This document shows positions 8,455-17,811 of a stretch of 32,000 nucleotides of DNA, in pieces. A program made the translations under genes and the position numbers. Location: positions 1,530,001 to 1,562,000 of the forward strand of contig NC_017080.1 of NCBI RefSeq assembly GCF_000284115.1. Reading direction: 5' to 3'. Below the pieces are notes generated by a model. The model did not search any database. It worked only from the letters and a program-made list of their open reading frames with translations, and had not been told where the DNA came from. Source of the stretch: Phycisphaera mikurensis NBRC 102666. Its GTDB lineage: Bacteria; Planctomycetota; Phycisphaerae; Phycisphaerales; Phycisphaeraceae. Numbering within the stretch: the stretch's first letter is position 1; every line of letters starts with the position of its first letter.

Positions 8455-9572
8455 GGCGGCGTGCGCTGCTCGGCCGCGCGGCGGCGTTGGCGGCCGCCGC
8501 GACGCTGCCCCCCGGCTGCCGGACCGCGACGCTGCGCGGCGGTCCGCCGGTGCCGCGTGGCCTGCACCCCGCCCCGTCGCTGGACGAGCCGGTGTTCCTG
8601 GGCAGCCGGGTGGGGCTGCGGCCGTGGCGGGCCGGCGGCTTCCGGGTCGAGGCGGACCGCCGCGGCACCAAGCCGCTGGTGCACAACTACGGGCACGGCG
8701 GGGCGGGCTGGACGCTGGCCTGGGGGTCGGCGGTGGAGGCGGCGGACCTGCTGGGCACGCCGCGCGCCGTGACGGTGCTGGGCGCGGGCATCGTGGGGCT
8801 GACCACGGCGGCCGTGCTGGCCGAGCGTGGCTTCCGCGTCGCGGTGGCGGCGGCCGAACGCGGCACCGGGGCGACGGCCTCCGCGGCGGCGGGGGCGCAG
8901 TTCGCGCCGGCGGGGGTGGTGCCGCCGGCGGGGCCCGCGGGGGCGGCCCGGCTCGGGCGGATGCTGCTCGAGGGGCACCGGCGCTTCACGCGGACGCTGC
9001 CGTCGCTGGCGGGCGCGGTGCTGCCGCGGGTGAACTACAGCACGCGTCCGCCGGAGCGGATCGCGCTGGGCCGGCTGCCGGTTTCGATCAGCCGCGCCCG
9101 GCCGGTGAGCCCGATGCCGATCCGGCGGCGGGGCGGGCCGCTGGACGGCTGGGCCTACGACACGCTGTGCATCGAGCCGCCGGCTTACCTCCACGGGCTG
9201 CGCGGCCACCTGCAGGGGCAGGGCGTCCGCTTCGAGCACCGGCGGGTGCGGGGGCGGCTGGACCTCGGCGAGATCCCCGGCGAGGCGGTGGTGCTGTGCC
9301 TGGGCGTTGGCGCGCGCGAGGCCGCCGGGGACCCCGCCGTGGTCCCGATCCGCGGGCAGATCGAGTGCCTGGCCCCGCCGCCCGGCGGCGGGCTGCGGTA
9401 CATGCTCAGCGATCGCGGCTACGCCTTCGGCCGGCGCGACTGCACGGTGCTCGGCGGGACGTACGACCGGGGCGACGAGGGGCTGGCGTTCCGCGCGGCG
9501 GACCGGGCGGCGACGCTGGCGAAGGCGCGCCGCTTCTTCGGCACGCCCGACGCCGCCTCGCTGCCGCGCTGA
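8451..9572 (+). CDS. FAD-dependent D-amino-acid oxidase-like lipoprotein (Tat-like signal with lipobox)
   Basis: GTG start overlapping dacB stop (GTGA); MRRRALLGRAAALAAAATLPPGC; VTVLGAGIVGLTTAAVLAERGFRVAV dinucleotide-binding motif; VVPIRGQIECLAPP...GYAFGRRDCTVLGGTYDRGD typical of DAAO. Confidence 0.82.
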   Translation: MRRRALLGRAAALAAAATLPPGCRTATLRGGPPVPRGLHPAPSLDEPVFLGSRVGLRPWRAGGFRVEADRRGTKPLVHNYGHGGAGWTLAWGSAVEAADLLGTPRAVTVLGAGIVGLTTAAVLAERGFRVAVAAAERGTGATASAAAGAQFAPAGVVPPAGPAGAARLGRMLLEGHRRFTRTLPSLAGAVLPRVNYSTRPPERIALGRLPVSISRARPVSPMPIRRRGGPLDGWAYDTLCIEPPAYLHGLRGHLQGQGVRFEHRRVRGRLDLGEIPGEAVVLCLGVGAREAAGDPAVVPIRGQIECLAPPPGGGLRYMLSDRGYAFGRRDCTVLGGTYDRGDEGLAFRAADRAATLAKARRFFGTPDAASLPR

Positions 9573-9573
9573 G

Positions 9574-9599
9574 CCCCGGCCGCGATGAAGCGGCCGGGG
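9574..9599. repeat. 10-bp perfect GC stem-loop just after the DAAO-like stop codon
   Basis: CCCCGGCCGC (9574-9583) / GCGGCCGGGG (9590-9599), 6-nt loop; no T tract. Confidence 0.6.
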
Positions 9600-9734
9600 T
9601 CCCGGCCCTCGGCGACCGCCGGCGGCGCGGACCGGCCGGCGCCGCTTCCGCGTCATGCCGCGGGCAGCCACGTCGCGGACGTCCGGAGGGCGTGGCTCCG
9701 TGATCCGATGGGATGCTCTAATCTTCTAGAACAG

Positions 9735-11120
9735 ATGATCGGAGCGCAAGATTCGAAACCGGAATCCGGGGACTGGAACTGGGAACGGCAGCCCGCCGCG
9801 GCGACGCTGCTCGCCGGCTGGCTGGAGGCGGCGCAGGCGGCGAACCCGTGGCTCCGCGACTTCGCGGAGCGCCTCCACGCCGAGAGCGGGAACCGCCTGG
9901 CGGACCTCGTCGACCTCTGGTCGCGGCCGGACACGCCCGACGCGCGGCTCGCCATCGAGCGGGCGGGGTACCGCCCGCTGGAAGCCGCCGCCGGCGGCCA
10001 CCTCTTCCACCACCCCCGGGGGATGTTCCCCCGCGTGCTGCTGCACCCGCGCGCGGGCGTCGCCGTGGACCTCCGGGTGGAGAGCTGCGCCGACTTCGGC
10101 TCCGCCCACGGCCTGAGCGCCGCGATCGAGGGCGTCCCGGGCGCGCCGCTGCGGCGGCTGGCGGTCTACACCGCGGGCGGCGTCGCCGTGCGGGCGGCGC
10201 GCCGGCGGGGCAGCCTGGCGGCCGTGATCACCGGGGGCCCCTGCGAGCCGACGCTGACCGACCAGGCCCTCGTGCTCGAGTCCTTCCGCGGCCGGCCCCG
10301 GCGGTTCGCCGACGAGGCGGCCGGCTTCGACGAGCTCGCCGAGCGGGTGGACGCCGCCGTCGCGCGCGTGGGTCGCGACGTCGCGTGCTCGCTGTTCTTC
10401 GCCGCGGAGCGGGATTTCTGGGAGAGGCGGAACGCCGCCGCCCGCTGGCAGGCGAGCCGGCAGGCTGCGCTGGGCATCGGGTGGGCGAACCACGACCACC
10501 ACACCTACCGCTCGTCGCGGGTCCACTTCCACCGCCTGGTCGCGCTCTTCGAGAAGCTCGGCTTCCACTGCCGCGAGCGCTTCTCGCCGGGCGCCGCCGC
10601 CGGCTGGGGGGCACAGGTGATGGAGCAGCCGGTGTGCGGCATCGTCACCTTCAACGACGTCGACCTCTCGCCGGCGGAGCTGCGGACCGACTTCGCCCAC
10701 ACGCCGCTCGGGGAGCGCGACACGCTGGCGACGGTGGGCCTGTGGTGCGGGCTCCACGGCGAGTCCATCCTCCAAGCCGGCATGCACCACCTCGAGTGCA
10801 CCTTCGACTTCGGCGAGCTGCGCGAGCAGATGGCCTCCGGCGGGATCGAGACGATGCGGCCCTTCACCGACTTCGACCACCTCAAGCAGGCCTTCACGCG
10901 CGGCGAGCTCTGGCAGGTGGAGGAGGGGCGGCTGAACCGGCTGGTCGACGCGGGGAGGATCAGCGGGGCCGAGGCGGAGGCCTTCCGCCGCGACGGCGCG
11001 ATCGGCAGCCACCTGGAGAACCTCGAGCGGAACGAGGGTTTCAAGGGCTTCAACCAGCGCGGCGTCACCGAGGTGATCCACGCGACCGACCCGCGGCGCC
11101 AGCCGTCCTCGCCCGCGTAG
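9735..11120 (+). CDS. Conserved-looking protein of unknown function; start uncertain (9585, 9708 or 9735)
   Basis: Long open frame with strong protein-like motifs: NHDHHTYRSSRVHFHRLVALFEKLGFHCRERFSPGAAAGWGAQVMEQP...GIVTFNDVDLSPAELRTDFAH...LWCGLHGESILQAGMHHLECTFDFGEL...GAIGSHLENLERNEGFKGFNQRGVTEVIHATDPR. Confidence 0.85.
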   Translation: MIGAQDSKPESGDWNWERQPAAATLLAGWLEAAQAANPWLRDFAERLHAESGNRLADLVDLWSRPDTPDARLAIERAGYRPLEAAAGGHLFHHPRGMFPRVLLHPRAGVAVDLRVESCADFGSAHGLSAAIEGVPGAPLRRLAVYTAGGVAVRAARRRGSLAAVITGGPCEPTLTDQALVLESFRGRPRRFADEAAGFDELAERVDAAVARVGRDVACSLFFAAERDFWERRNAAARWQASRQAALGIGWANHDHHTYRSSRVHFHRLVALFEKLGFHCRERFSPGAAAGWGAQVMEQPVCGIVTFNDVDLSPAELRTDFAHTPLGERDTLATVGLWCGLHGESILQAGMHHLECTFDFGELREQMASGGIETMRPFTDFDHLKQAFTRGELWQVEEGRLNRLVDAGRISGAEAEAFRRDGAIGSHLENLERNEGFKGFNQRGVTEVIHATDPRRQPSSPA

Positions 11121-11166
11121 CCCCGGCGGCCGCCGGTCGCCCCTCCGCCGCCCGACCCCGCCCGCC

Positions 11167-12225
11167 ATGCGTCGCCCCGCACCGCTCCCGATCCCGCTCC
11201 TGACCGCCCTCGCCGCCGCCCTGGCGGCCGGGTGCTCCTCCGCTCCGCCGCCGCCGGATCCCGGGCTCACGCGCACGCCCGCGACCGCGAGTGCGCCCGC
11301 GCCCGCCGACGCCGCGACGCTGGCCGAGCGACTCGCGTACGGGTCCCGGACCCGCACGAAGCTGCCGCCGGCGTACCTGCACGAGCGTCTGCGGGAGCGG
11401 GCGGCGACGCCGGCGGTGGACGCGGCCTTCGAGCGCGTCCGCGCGGACGACACGCCGGCCAACCGGTCGGCGCTGCTGCACGCCCTCGAGCGGGGCTTCG
11501 TCCACGCCGAGACGACCTCCTCGCTGGACCTGCTCGGCCCGGAGCTCGGGCAGCGCTTCCGGTCTTTCAACTGGCACGACGACGACTACCCCGGCGGGCC
11601 GGTGGGCCCGAACGAGCACTGGGCCGGGACGCTCGCCGACGCGCTCGACGGCGTCAGCCCCGAGCGGCGGGCGAACCGCTCCGCGGTGGCGGCTCTCCGG
11701 CGGGAGGAGGCGACGGAGCCGATCTGGGAACGCCTGCTCGCGGCTTGGCGGCCGATCCCCGGCGAGGAGGGCCACCGGCTGAACCGGCACGCCGTCGGCC
11801 CGTACCTCGCGATGCGGGAGGCCGCGGCGGCCGACGGCGTCGAGCTGGTGATCGTCTCGGCCCACCGCGACCCCCGGCGTGCCCGGGCCAACGCCGCCAG
11901 GGCCGCGAATCCCTTCGCCGTCGCCAGCTTCTCCTCGCACGCGCTCGGGCTCGCCATCGACCTCGCGCTCCCGATTCCCGGCGGCCCGGCCGGCGATGCG
12001 GCGGCGTTCCCGCTGTCCACCCGGCCGATGGCCCGGGTGGTCGACATGCGGCGGTCGCCGGTGCACAAGTGGATGCACCTGCACGCCAGCGGCTTCGGCT
12101 GGTACCCGTACCAGCACGAGCCCTGGCACTGGGAGTACAACCCGCCGGGCTTCCGGGCGGTGCTTCTTGAGGATCTCGGGGGCGGGCCGTCGCCGCGTGG
12201 AGCGCCACCGGCGTCGCCCGGTTGA
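11167..12225 (+). CDS. VanY/M15-family D-alanyl-D-alanine carboxypeptidase-like lipoprotein
   Basis: LTALAAALAAGCSS lipobox; ELVIVSAHRDPRRARAN...SFSSHALGLAIDLALPI...WMHLHASGFGWYPYQHEPWHWEYNPPG with SxHxxGxAxD and WHWEY zinc-site motifs. Confidence 0.82.
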   Translation: MRRPAPLPIPLLTALAAALAAGCSSAPPPPDPGLTRTPATASAPAPADAATLAERLAYGSRTRTKLPPAYLHERLRERAATPAVDAAFERVRADDTPANRSALLHALERGFVHAETTSSLDLLGPELGQRFRSFNWHDDDYPGGPVGPNEHWAGTLADALDGVSPERRANRSAVAALRREEATEPIWERLLAAWRPIPGEEGHRLNRHAVGPYLAMREAAAADGVELVIVSAHRDPRRARANAARAANPFAVASFSSHALGLAIDLALPIPGGPAGDAAAFPLSTRPMARVVDMRRSPVHKWMHLHASGFGWYPYQHEPWHWEYNPPGFRAVLLEDLGGGPSPRGAPPASPG

Positions 12226-12243
12226 GCGACCCGGCGGCGTCGC

Positions 12244-13062
12244 TCACGCGGGGCGCATGAGCGGGCGCAGCTCCGCCGCGCCGGCACGCAGGTCGTCCAC
12301 GCGCGCGTCGCCGGCCTCCCGCTCCAGGATCAGCTCGCCGTCGTAGCCGCCGCCCCGCAGGATCTCGAGGAAGGCCGCCCAGTCGACCGCCCCCTCGCCG
12401 ACGGGCACCTCGGTGCCCCAGGTCCCCGGTTCGGCGGCCGGCACGGCGTCCTTCGCGTGCGCCTGCTTCACCCGCGGCAGCAGCGTCCGCAGCGCCGCGA
12501 GCGGGTCGCCCATGCCGTAGAGGATCATGTTCGCCGGGTCGAAGTTGAGGAAGAGGTTCGGCCGGTCGGCCGCGTCGAGGAAGCGGTCGAGCGTGGCGGC
12601 GTCCTCCTGCCCGGTCTCCAGCAGCAGGTCGAGCCCGCGGTCGGCGAAGAGGTCCGCCACCGCGCCGGTGCGTCGCGTCAGCGGGTGGTCCGCGGCGTCG
12701 GCGGCGTCGTGGGGCAGGAAGCCGGCGTGCAGGCTGACCGAGGGGAGGCCCAGCCCGGCGGCGAGGTCGGCGACGCGGGCGGCGGTGTCGCGGTTGTGCT
12801 CCCAGTGCTCGTCGGGCAGCAGCCCGCCGGTGACGCGGATCGTGTCGAGGGTGCTGTAGTCCTCGCCGCGGGTCTGCATCATCCCCGAGACGAGCTCGAC
12901 GCCCCCCTCGCGGAGGGCGGCGGGGGCGTCGGCCCACGCGGGATCCTCGGCGACGTCGTCCAGCCGCAGCTGGACGCGCGGGATCCCGGTCGCCCGGACC
13001 TTCTCGACGAGGTCGGCGGGGGAGGTCGCCTGGAGGCTCCAGCTGCAGATGGCGAGGCGCAT
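12244..13062 (-). CDS. Sugar phosphate isomerase/epimerase (AP endonuclease-2-like TIM barrel)
   Basis: MRLAICSWSL...LPSVSLHAGFLPHD...LDLLLETGQEDAATLDRFLDAADRPNLFLNFDPANMILYGMGDPLAALRTLLPRVKQAHAKDA...VDWAAFLEILRGGGYDGELILEREAG. Confidence 0.88.
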   Translation of the reverse strand: MRLAICSWSLQATSPADLVEKVRATGIPRVQLRLDDVAEDPAWADAPAALREGGVELVSGMMQTRGEDYSTLDTIRVTGGLLPDEHWEHNRDTAARVADLAAGLGLPSVSLHAGFLPHDAADAADHPLTRRTGAVADLFADRGLDLLLETGQEDAATLDRFLDAADRPNLFLNFDPANMILYGMGDPLAALRTLLPRVKQAHAKDAVPAAEPGTWGTEVPVGEGAVDWAAFLEILRGGGYDGELILEREAGDARVDDLRAGAAELRPLMRPA

Positions 13063-13297
13063 CGTGCCGTTATAGAAGGTTTCCGCCGGAGGCCCTCGCC
13101 GGGCCGGCTCCGGCCCGGTGGCGTGCTTGTGCCCGGCGGCGACGACGCCGGGCTCCGGCTGCGTGGGGCGCGGCTTCCGCCGCCGGACCCGGCCGTCTCG
13201 GCCACTTCCGCGACAGCCTTTGAACCGGCGAACCCCGCTCTCCACCGGCTCCGCCAGGCGGCCGGAGCGTCCACCTCCCCCGCGTACCCTCCGCCTC

Positions 13298-14779
13298 GTG
13301 GTCGACTTCGGAAACAGCGAGAGCGGGGGCGGCGGCGACCTCCGGGCGTTCGGCGGGGCGGCCCCGGGGCCGTCGAAGCAGGGCGACGGCTGGAAGGACC
13401 GCAAGAAGAAGCCGCGGACGGTCGACCTCAGCCGCCTGCTGGATCGCCTCCCGCCGCAGGCCATCGAGGCGGAGATGGCGCTCCTGGGCTCGATGATCCT
13501 CGACTGGCGGACCGTCGGCGACGTGGTGCAGGTGCTCGTCGACGCGGAGGTGTTCCACAAGCCCGAGCACCAGTCGATCTACGCCGTGCTCGTCGAGCTC
13601 TACGACAAGCACCAGTCGATCGACATGGTGCAGCTGCATGCCAAGCTGTCCGACCGCGGCGTCCTCGAGCAGGTCGGCGGGCTGGACTACCTCGTCGAGC
13701 TCGGCGAGGCCGTGCCCTCGGCCAGCGGAGCCGTCCGCTACGCGGAGATCGTCCGCGACAAGGCGCTGCTGCGGAAGATGATCCACACGGCGGGCACGAT
13801 CCTCGAGGACTGCCACGGCTGCGACGAGCCGGTGGTGGAGCTGTTCGACAAGATCGAGAGCACCATCTTCGAGATCGCCGAGAAGCGCACGCAGGACGGC
13901 ACGGCCGCGCTGTCGGTCCTGCTGCAGGAGACCTTCGACAAGCTCGAGGCGCAGGACGGCCAGGTCATCACCGGCGTCGAAACCGGCTTCAAAGACCTCG
14001 ACGAGATGACCAACGGCCTCCAGCCCGGCGAGCTGATCATCGTCGCGGCGCGCCCGAGCATGGGCAAGACGGCCTTCGCGCTCAACGTCTCCGAGCACAT
14101 CGGGGCGGTGGCGGGGCGGCCGGTGGGCGTGTTCTCGCTGGAGATGAGCAAGCAGCAGCTGGCCCAGCGGCTGCTGTGCTCGCGGAGCCAGGTCAACTCG
14201 CACCGGCTGCGGCGGAACATGCTCTCGCGGGAGGACTTCTCGAAGCTGAGCCACGCCGTGGGCGAGCTGTCCGAGGCGCCGATCTACATCGACGACACGG
14301 CCGGCCTGACGCTGATGGGCCTGCGGGCGAAGGCTCGGCGGATGAAGCAGCGCTACGGCATCGAGGCGCTGATGGTCGACTACCTGCAGCTGATGAGCAA
14401 CCCCTCGACGAAGGACGGCCGGCAGAACGAGGTGTCCGCGATCTCGCGGGGCGTGAAGGCGCTCGCGCGGGAGCTGGAGTGCCCGATCATCTGCCTGTCG
14501 CAGCTGAACCGGGCGGCGGAGCAGCGCGAGGGGCACCGGCCGCGGATGAGCGACCTGCGCGAGTCCGGCTCCATCGAGCAGGACGCCGACGTCATCATGA
14601 TGCTGCACCGGGAGGACTACTACCACCGTGGCGATCCCGAGCACGTCGACAACAACGAGGCGGAGGTCATCGTCACCAAGCAGCGCAACGGACCGACCGG
14701 CACGGTCAAGCTGATGTTCGACGGCGGGACGACCCGCTTCAAGAACCTGGCGCTCGGCGGCTCGTCGCCGTCGTATTGA
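13298..14779 (+). CDS. dnaB: Replicative DNA helicase
   Basis: LPPQAIEAEMALLGSMI; LIIVAARPSMGKTAFALNV (Walker A); VGVFSLEMSKQQLAQRLLCSRSQV; LGLMVDYLQLM-type motif IEALMVDYLQLM; LIVTKQRNGPTGTVKLMFDGGTTRFKNL. GTG start chosen. Confidence 0.96.
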   Translation: MVDFGNSESGGGGDLRAFGGAAPGPSKQGDGWKDRKKKPRTVDLSRLLDRLPPQAIEAEMALLGSMILDWRTVGDVVQVLVDAEVFHKPEHQSIYAVLVELYDKHQSIDMVQLHAKLSDRGVLEQVGGLDYLVELGEAVPSASGAVRYAEIVRDKALLRKMIHTAGTILEDCHGCDEPVVELFDKIESTIFEIAEKRTQDGTAALSVLLQETFDKLEAQDGQVITGVETGFKDLDEMTNGLQPGELIIVAARPSMGKTAFALNVSEHIGAVAGRPVGVFSLEMSKQQLAQRLLCSRSQVNSHRLRRNMLSREDFSKLSHAVGELSEAPIYIDDTAGLTLMGLRAKARRMKQRYGIEALMVDYLQLMSNPSTKDGRQNEVSAISRGVKALARELECPIICLSQLNRAAEQREGHRPRMSDLRESGSIEQDADVIMMLHREDYYHRGDPEHVDNNEAEVIVTKQRNGPTGTVKLMFDGGTTRFKNLALGGSSPSY

Positions 14780-14807
14780 GGTTCGCCGCCCGCGCAGCGG
14801 GCATCCT

Positions 14808-15920
14808 TCAAACAACCACCATCGCGTCGCCGAAGGAGTAGAAGCGGTAGGCCTCGCCGATGGCCTCCTCGTACCAGCCGAGCAGGCGGTCGAGCCCGAC
14901 GCCGGGCAGAGCGGCCACCAGCGCGAGCAGCGTCGACCTCGGCAGGTGGAAGTTGGTCAGGAGCAGGTCGGTGTTGCGGAAGGCGAAGCCCGCGTCGGGC
15001 CGGATGAACAGGTCGGTCTCGCCGGCGAGGCCGGCGGTCGGAGCCGGTTCGGGCAGCGGGAAGGGCAGGCTCTCCAGCGTCCGCACGCTCGTCGTGCCGA
15101 TCGCGAGCACGCGGCCGCCGGCGGCGCGGCTGGCGCGGAGGGCGTCGAGCGTCGCGGCGGGAGCGTGCCACCGCTCGGCGTGCATCGGGTGTTCGGCGAG
15201 CTCGTCGGCTCTCACCGGCAGGAAGGTGCCGGGGCCGACCTCCAGCGTGACCGCTTCGGTGCGCACGCCGGCGGCGCGGAGGCCGGCGAGCACGGCCTCG
15301 GTCAGGTGCAGGCCCGCGGTGGGCGCGGCGACGGAGCGTTGCGAAGCGGCGGAGCGGTCGGCGAAAACGGTCTGGTACCGCTCGGCGTCGCCGGGCAGGT
15401 CGGCGGGGCCGCCGGCCCGCTCGCGGGCCCGGAGCAGGTAAGGCGGCAGCGGCGGGAGGCCCACGCGGCGGAGGACCTCCAGCGACGCGTCGATCGGCAT
15501 CGGCTCGCCGGCGAGGTCCCGCGGCCGGAGGCGCCAGCGGCCGCCACCCCGCGGCGAGAGCAGCTCCAGCTCGCAGGCGTCGCCGAGCTGCAGCCGTTCG
15601 CCGATCCGCGGGCGGCCGCCGCTCTTGAGCATCGCGGTCCACAAGCCGGCGTCGTCGTGGCCGAGGTAGAGGCCGGTGACCCGCCCGCCGGTTCCGGCGC
15701 GGGTGGCCTCGAAGCGAGCCGGCAGCACCGCCGTTCGGTTCACCACCATGAGGTCGCCATCGCCGACCAGGCCCAGCCCCGGCAGGTCCGACACGCGGCG
15801 GTGGTGGACGCTCCCGGTGGCCCGGTCGCAGACCATCAGCCGCGCGCTGTCGCGGGGCTCCGCCGCGGTGGTCGCGATCAGCCGCTCGGGGAGGTGGAAG
15901 TCGAGTTCGTCGGTGCGCAC
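14808..15920 (-). CDS. queA: S-adenosylmethionine:tRNA ribosyltransferase-isomerase
   Basis: MRTDELDFHLPERLIATTAAEPRDSARLMV; APTAGLHLTEAVLAGLRAAGVRTEAVTLEVGPGTFLPVRADELAEHPMHAERW; TNFHLPRSTLLALVAAL; AIGEAYRFYSFGDAM. Confidence 0.96.
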   Translation of the reverse strand: MRTDELDFHLPERLIATTAAEPRDSARLMVCDRATGSVHHRRVSDLPGLGLVGDGDLMVVNRTAVLPARFEATRAGTGGRVTGLYLGHDDAGLWTAMLKSGGRPRIGERLQLGDACELELLSPRGGGRWRLRPRDLAGEPMPIDASLEVLRRVGLPPLPPYLLRARERAGGPADLPGDAERYQTVFADRSAASQRSVAAPTAGLHLTEAVLAGLRAAGVRTEAVTLEVGPGTFLPVRADELAEHPMHAERWHAPAATLDALRASRAAGGRVLAIGTTSVRTLESLPFPLPEPAPTAGLAGETDLFIRPDAGFAFRNTDLLLTNFHLPRSTLLALVAALPGVGLDRLLGWYEEAIGEAYRFYSFGDAMVVV

Positions 15921-16056
15921 GCGGGCAAGCTACGGCGGCCTCCGCCGCGGGCGCCCGCCGATCTACGATCGGCCACGCACGCCGCCCGCACCCCCTGGAG
16001 CCTGTCCCTTGGGTTTCTCTCGATCGAAGAGCCGACCCCGCGAGACGCGGGAATCG

Positions 16057-16245
16057 ATGATCCGCGACACGAGCCGCTTCCTCACCTGGGCGATGGCCGC
16101 CGACCGCGGCCTCGCCCGGATCCCCACCCGGCGGTCGGACGATGGCGGGTTCTCGGCGCTGATGCGGCGGCCGGCGGCCCGGCTGATGGCCTCGCACTGG
16201 TGGCACCGCGCGGTGGATCGAGCGGGCGAGGCGTTTGGCCGATGA
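16057..16245 (+). CDS. Possible small protein (about 62 aa), unknown
   Basis: Frame MIRDTSRFLTWAMAADRGLARIPTRRSDDGGFSALMRRPAARLMASHWWHRAVDRAGEAFGR fills an otherwise empty gap; no family recognised. Confidence 0.3.
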   Translation: MIRDTSRFLTWAMAADRGLARIPTRRSDDGGFSALMRRPAARLMASHWWHRAVDRAGEAFGR

Positions 16246-16327
16246 CCCCGGCCGAAACGCGGGCCGGGACGCGGGCAGGCTCTACGCTGCCGACCCGCCC
16301 GCCGCACCCGCCTTCCCGAGCGCCCGC

Positions 16328-16999
16328 ATGAACGACGCCGCCACCGCACCCCTCCGCGCCCGCATCAGCAAGGGCTACCGCATCCGGCTGGCGCTCATCG
16401 GGCTCGGCCTGACCGCCTTCGGCTGCTGGGCGCTCTACGACGGCTTCATCGAGTACCCGCGGCGGGCGGAGGTGTACGCCCAGCTCCAGCAGATGCAGGA
16501 GGACCACGTCGACTGGGCCACCCGCTGGCAGGCGTACGCCGCCGAGCGTGGCCTCGAGACCAACCCCAACAAGGTCAAGCCGCTGGAGGACAAGGACATT
16601 TGGACGCAGTACGTCATGGCGGCGATCTGCCTGCCGATCGGCGGCTTCTTCCTCCTGAACTTCGTGCGGGCCAGCGGCCGCAAGGTCGAGGCCGACGCGC
16701 TGGGCATCCGCGGGCGCGAGGGCTCGGCGACCTGGGACGAGGTCCACGGCCTCGACGACGCCCGCTGGCGGACCAAGGGCATCTCCCGCGTGCTCTTCCG
16801 CGACGCCGGCGGCGCCGAGGGCAAGATCGTGCTCGACGACTGGAAGTACGAGCGGGAGCCCACCGTCGCCATCCACGCGCGGGTGGCGGAGAAGCTCGGC
16901 CTGGAGGACGGCGCCGCGGTGCCCGCGGAGGGCGCGGAGACGCCGCCTCCGGCCGAGGCGGCTGAAGCGGCTGAGCCCGACAAGCCCAGCGGGGCTTGA
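16328..16999 (+). CDS. Predicted membrane protein, two TM segments, unknown function
   Basis: MNDAATAPLRARISKGYRIRLALIGLGLTAFGCWALYDGFIEYPRR...YVMAAICLPIGGFFLLNFVRA...; ATG chosen at 16328. Confidence 0.75.
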   Translation: MNDAATAPLRARISKGYRIRLALIGLGLTAFGCWALYDGFIEYPRRAEVYAQLQQMQEDHVDWATRWQAYAAERGLETNPNKVKPLEDKDIWTQYVMAAICLPIGGFFLLNFVRASGRKVEADALGIRGREGSATWDEVHGLDDARWRTKGISRVLFRDAGGAEGKIVLDDWKYEREPTVAIHARVAEKLGLEDGAAVPAEGAETPPPAEAAEAAEPDKPSGA

Positions 17000-17081
17000 G
17001 GCGGCGGCGGCTCAGGCCCGCTGCGCAGCGGCCTCCGAATCCGCCGGTTCCGATCGCTCGCAAGCCGGGGAGGCTGCCCGC

Positions 17082-17732
17082 TTAGCCCTTGCGTCCGAAG
17101 TCGGCGGGGATCTCGCCCCAAGCCCTGGTGTCCCACACGCGGATGTCCGGTTTCGCGCCGGAGGGCTGGCTCTTCAGCCAGGCCAGCGCGTCCTCCAGGC
17201 GAGCGGCGACCCGCGATCCGGCCTTGCCGTCGCGGAGGAAGGCCGAGTTCAGCGCCCGCTTCCGCACCCAAGCCCGGGCCGTCAAGGAGTCGCTGTAGAG
17301 CGTCCGCTCCTCTCCGCCGGGCCGCCGCAGCGCGTCGACGATCGCGAGGAACTCGCCGAAGTTGGCGTTCGCTCCCGTGAAGGGTCCCTCCGCGAAGAGC
17401 ACCTCGCCGGTCTGGAGGTCCACGCCCCGGTACTCCATCACCCACCGCGTGGTGTCGCACGCGGCGTCGACGCAGGTCGCCGGGCCCGTCGGCCGGCCCC
17501 CGGGCGCCGCGGACCGCGACGCGAGGCCGGCGGATTCGGCCGCAGTCCGCGGCGCCGCGCCGCCCGCGTCGGGGTCGCCGGCGGCGAAGGCGGCCTCCGC
17601 TTGAGCCCGCGTCGCGTAGCCGTTCTGCCGTGCGCCCGGGAAGCCGCGGGTGGCCGCGAGCACGGGCGCCCAGGCGTCGAAGACGCCGGTCTCGCGGCCC
17701 GACCACACCACGTACGCCTTCTTCTTCGCCAT
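17082..17732 (-). CDS. rnhA: Ribonuclease HI-like protein with N-terminal RNase H1/viroplasmin domain
   Basis: MAKKKAYVVWSGRETGVFDAWAPVLAATRGFPGARQNGYATRAQAEAAF N-terminal RNase H1 domain; GEFLAIVDALR...TLYSDSLTARAWVRKRALN RNase H fold motifs. Confidence 0.75.
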   Translation of the reverse strand: MAKKKAYVVWSGRETGVFDAWAPVLAATRGFPGARQNGYATRAQAEAAFAAGDPDAGGAAPRTAAESAGLASRSAAPGGRPTGPATCVDAACDTTRWVMEYRGVDLQTGEVLFAEGPFTGANANFGEFLAIVDALRRPGGEERTLYSDSLTARAWVRKRALNSAFLRDGKAGSRVAARLEDALAWLKSQPSGAKPDIRVWDTRAWGEIPADFGRKG

Positions 17733-17811
17733 GCGGCGAACCTAGAACATCGGAGCCAATCGCGGAGCCACCGCCCGCGGCCCGGGGGCGAGAGCGCCCG
17801 GGAACGCGTCG

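Noticed and set aside
12457-14841. 794-aa plus-strand ORF spanning the isomerase and dnaB
   Set aside because: Overlaps two genes with strong family motifs on other frames; translation is Arg/Ala/Pro-rich without recognisable domains.
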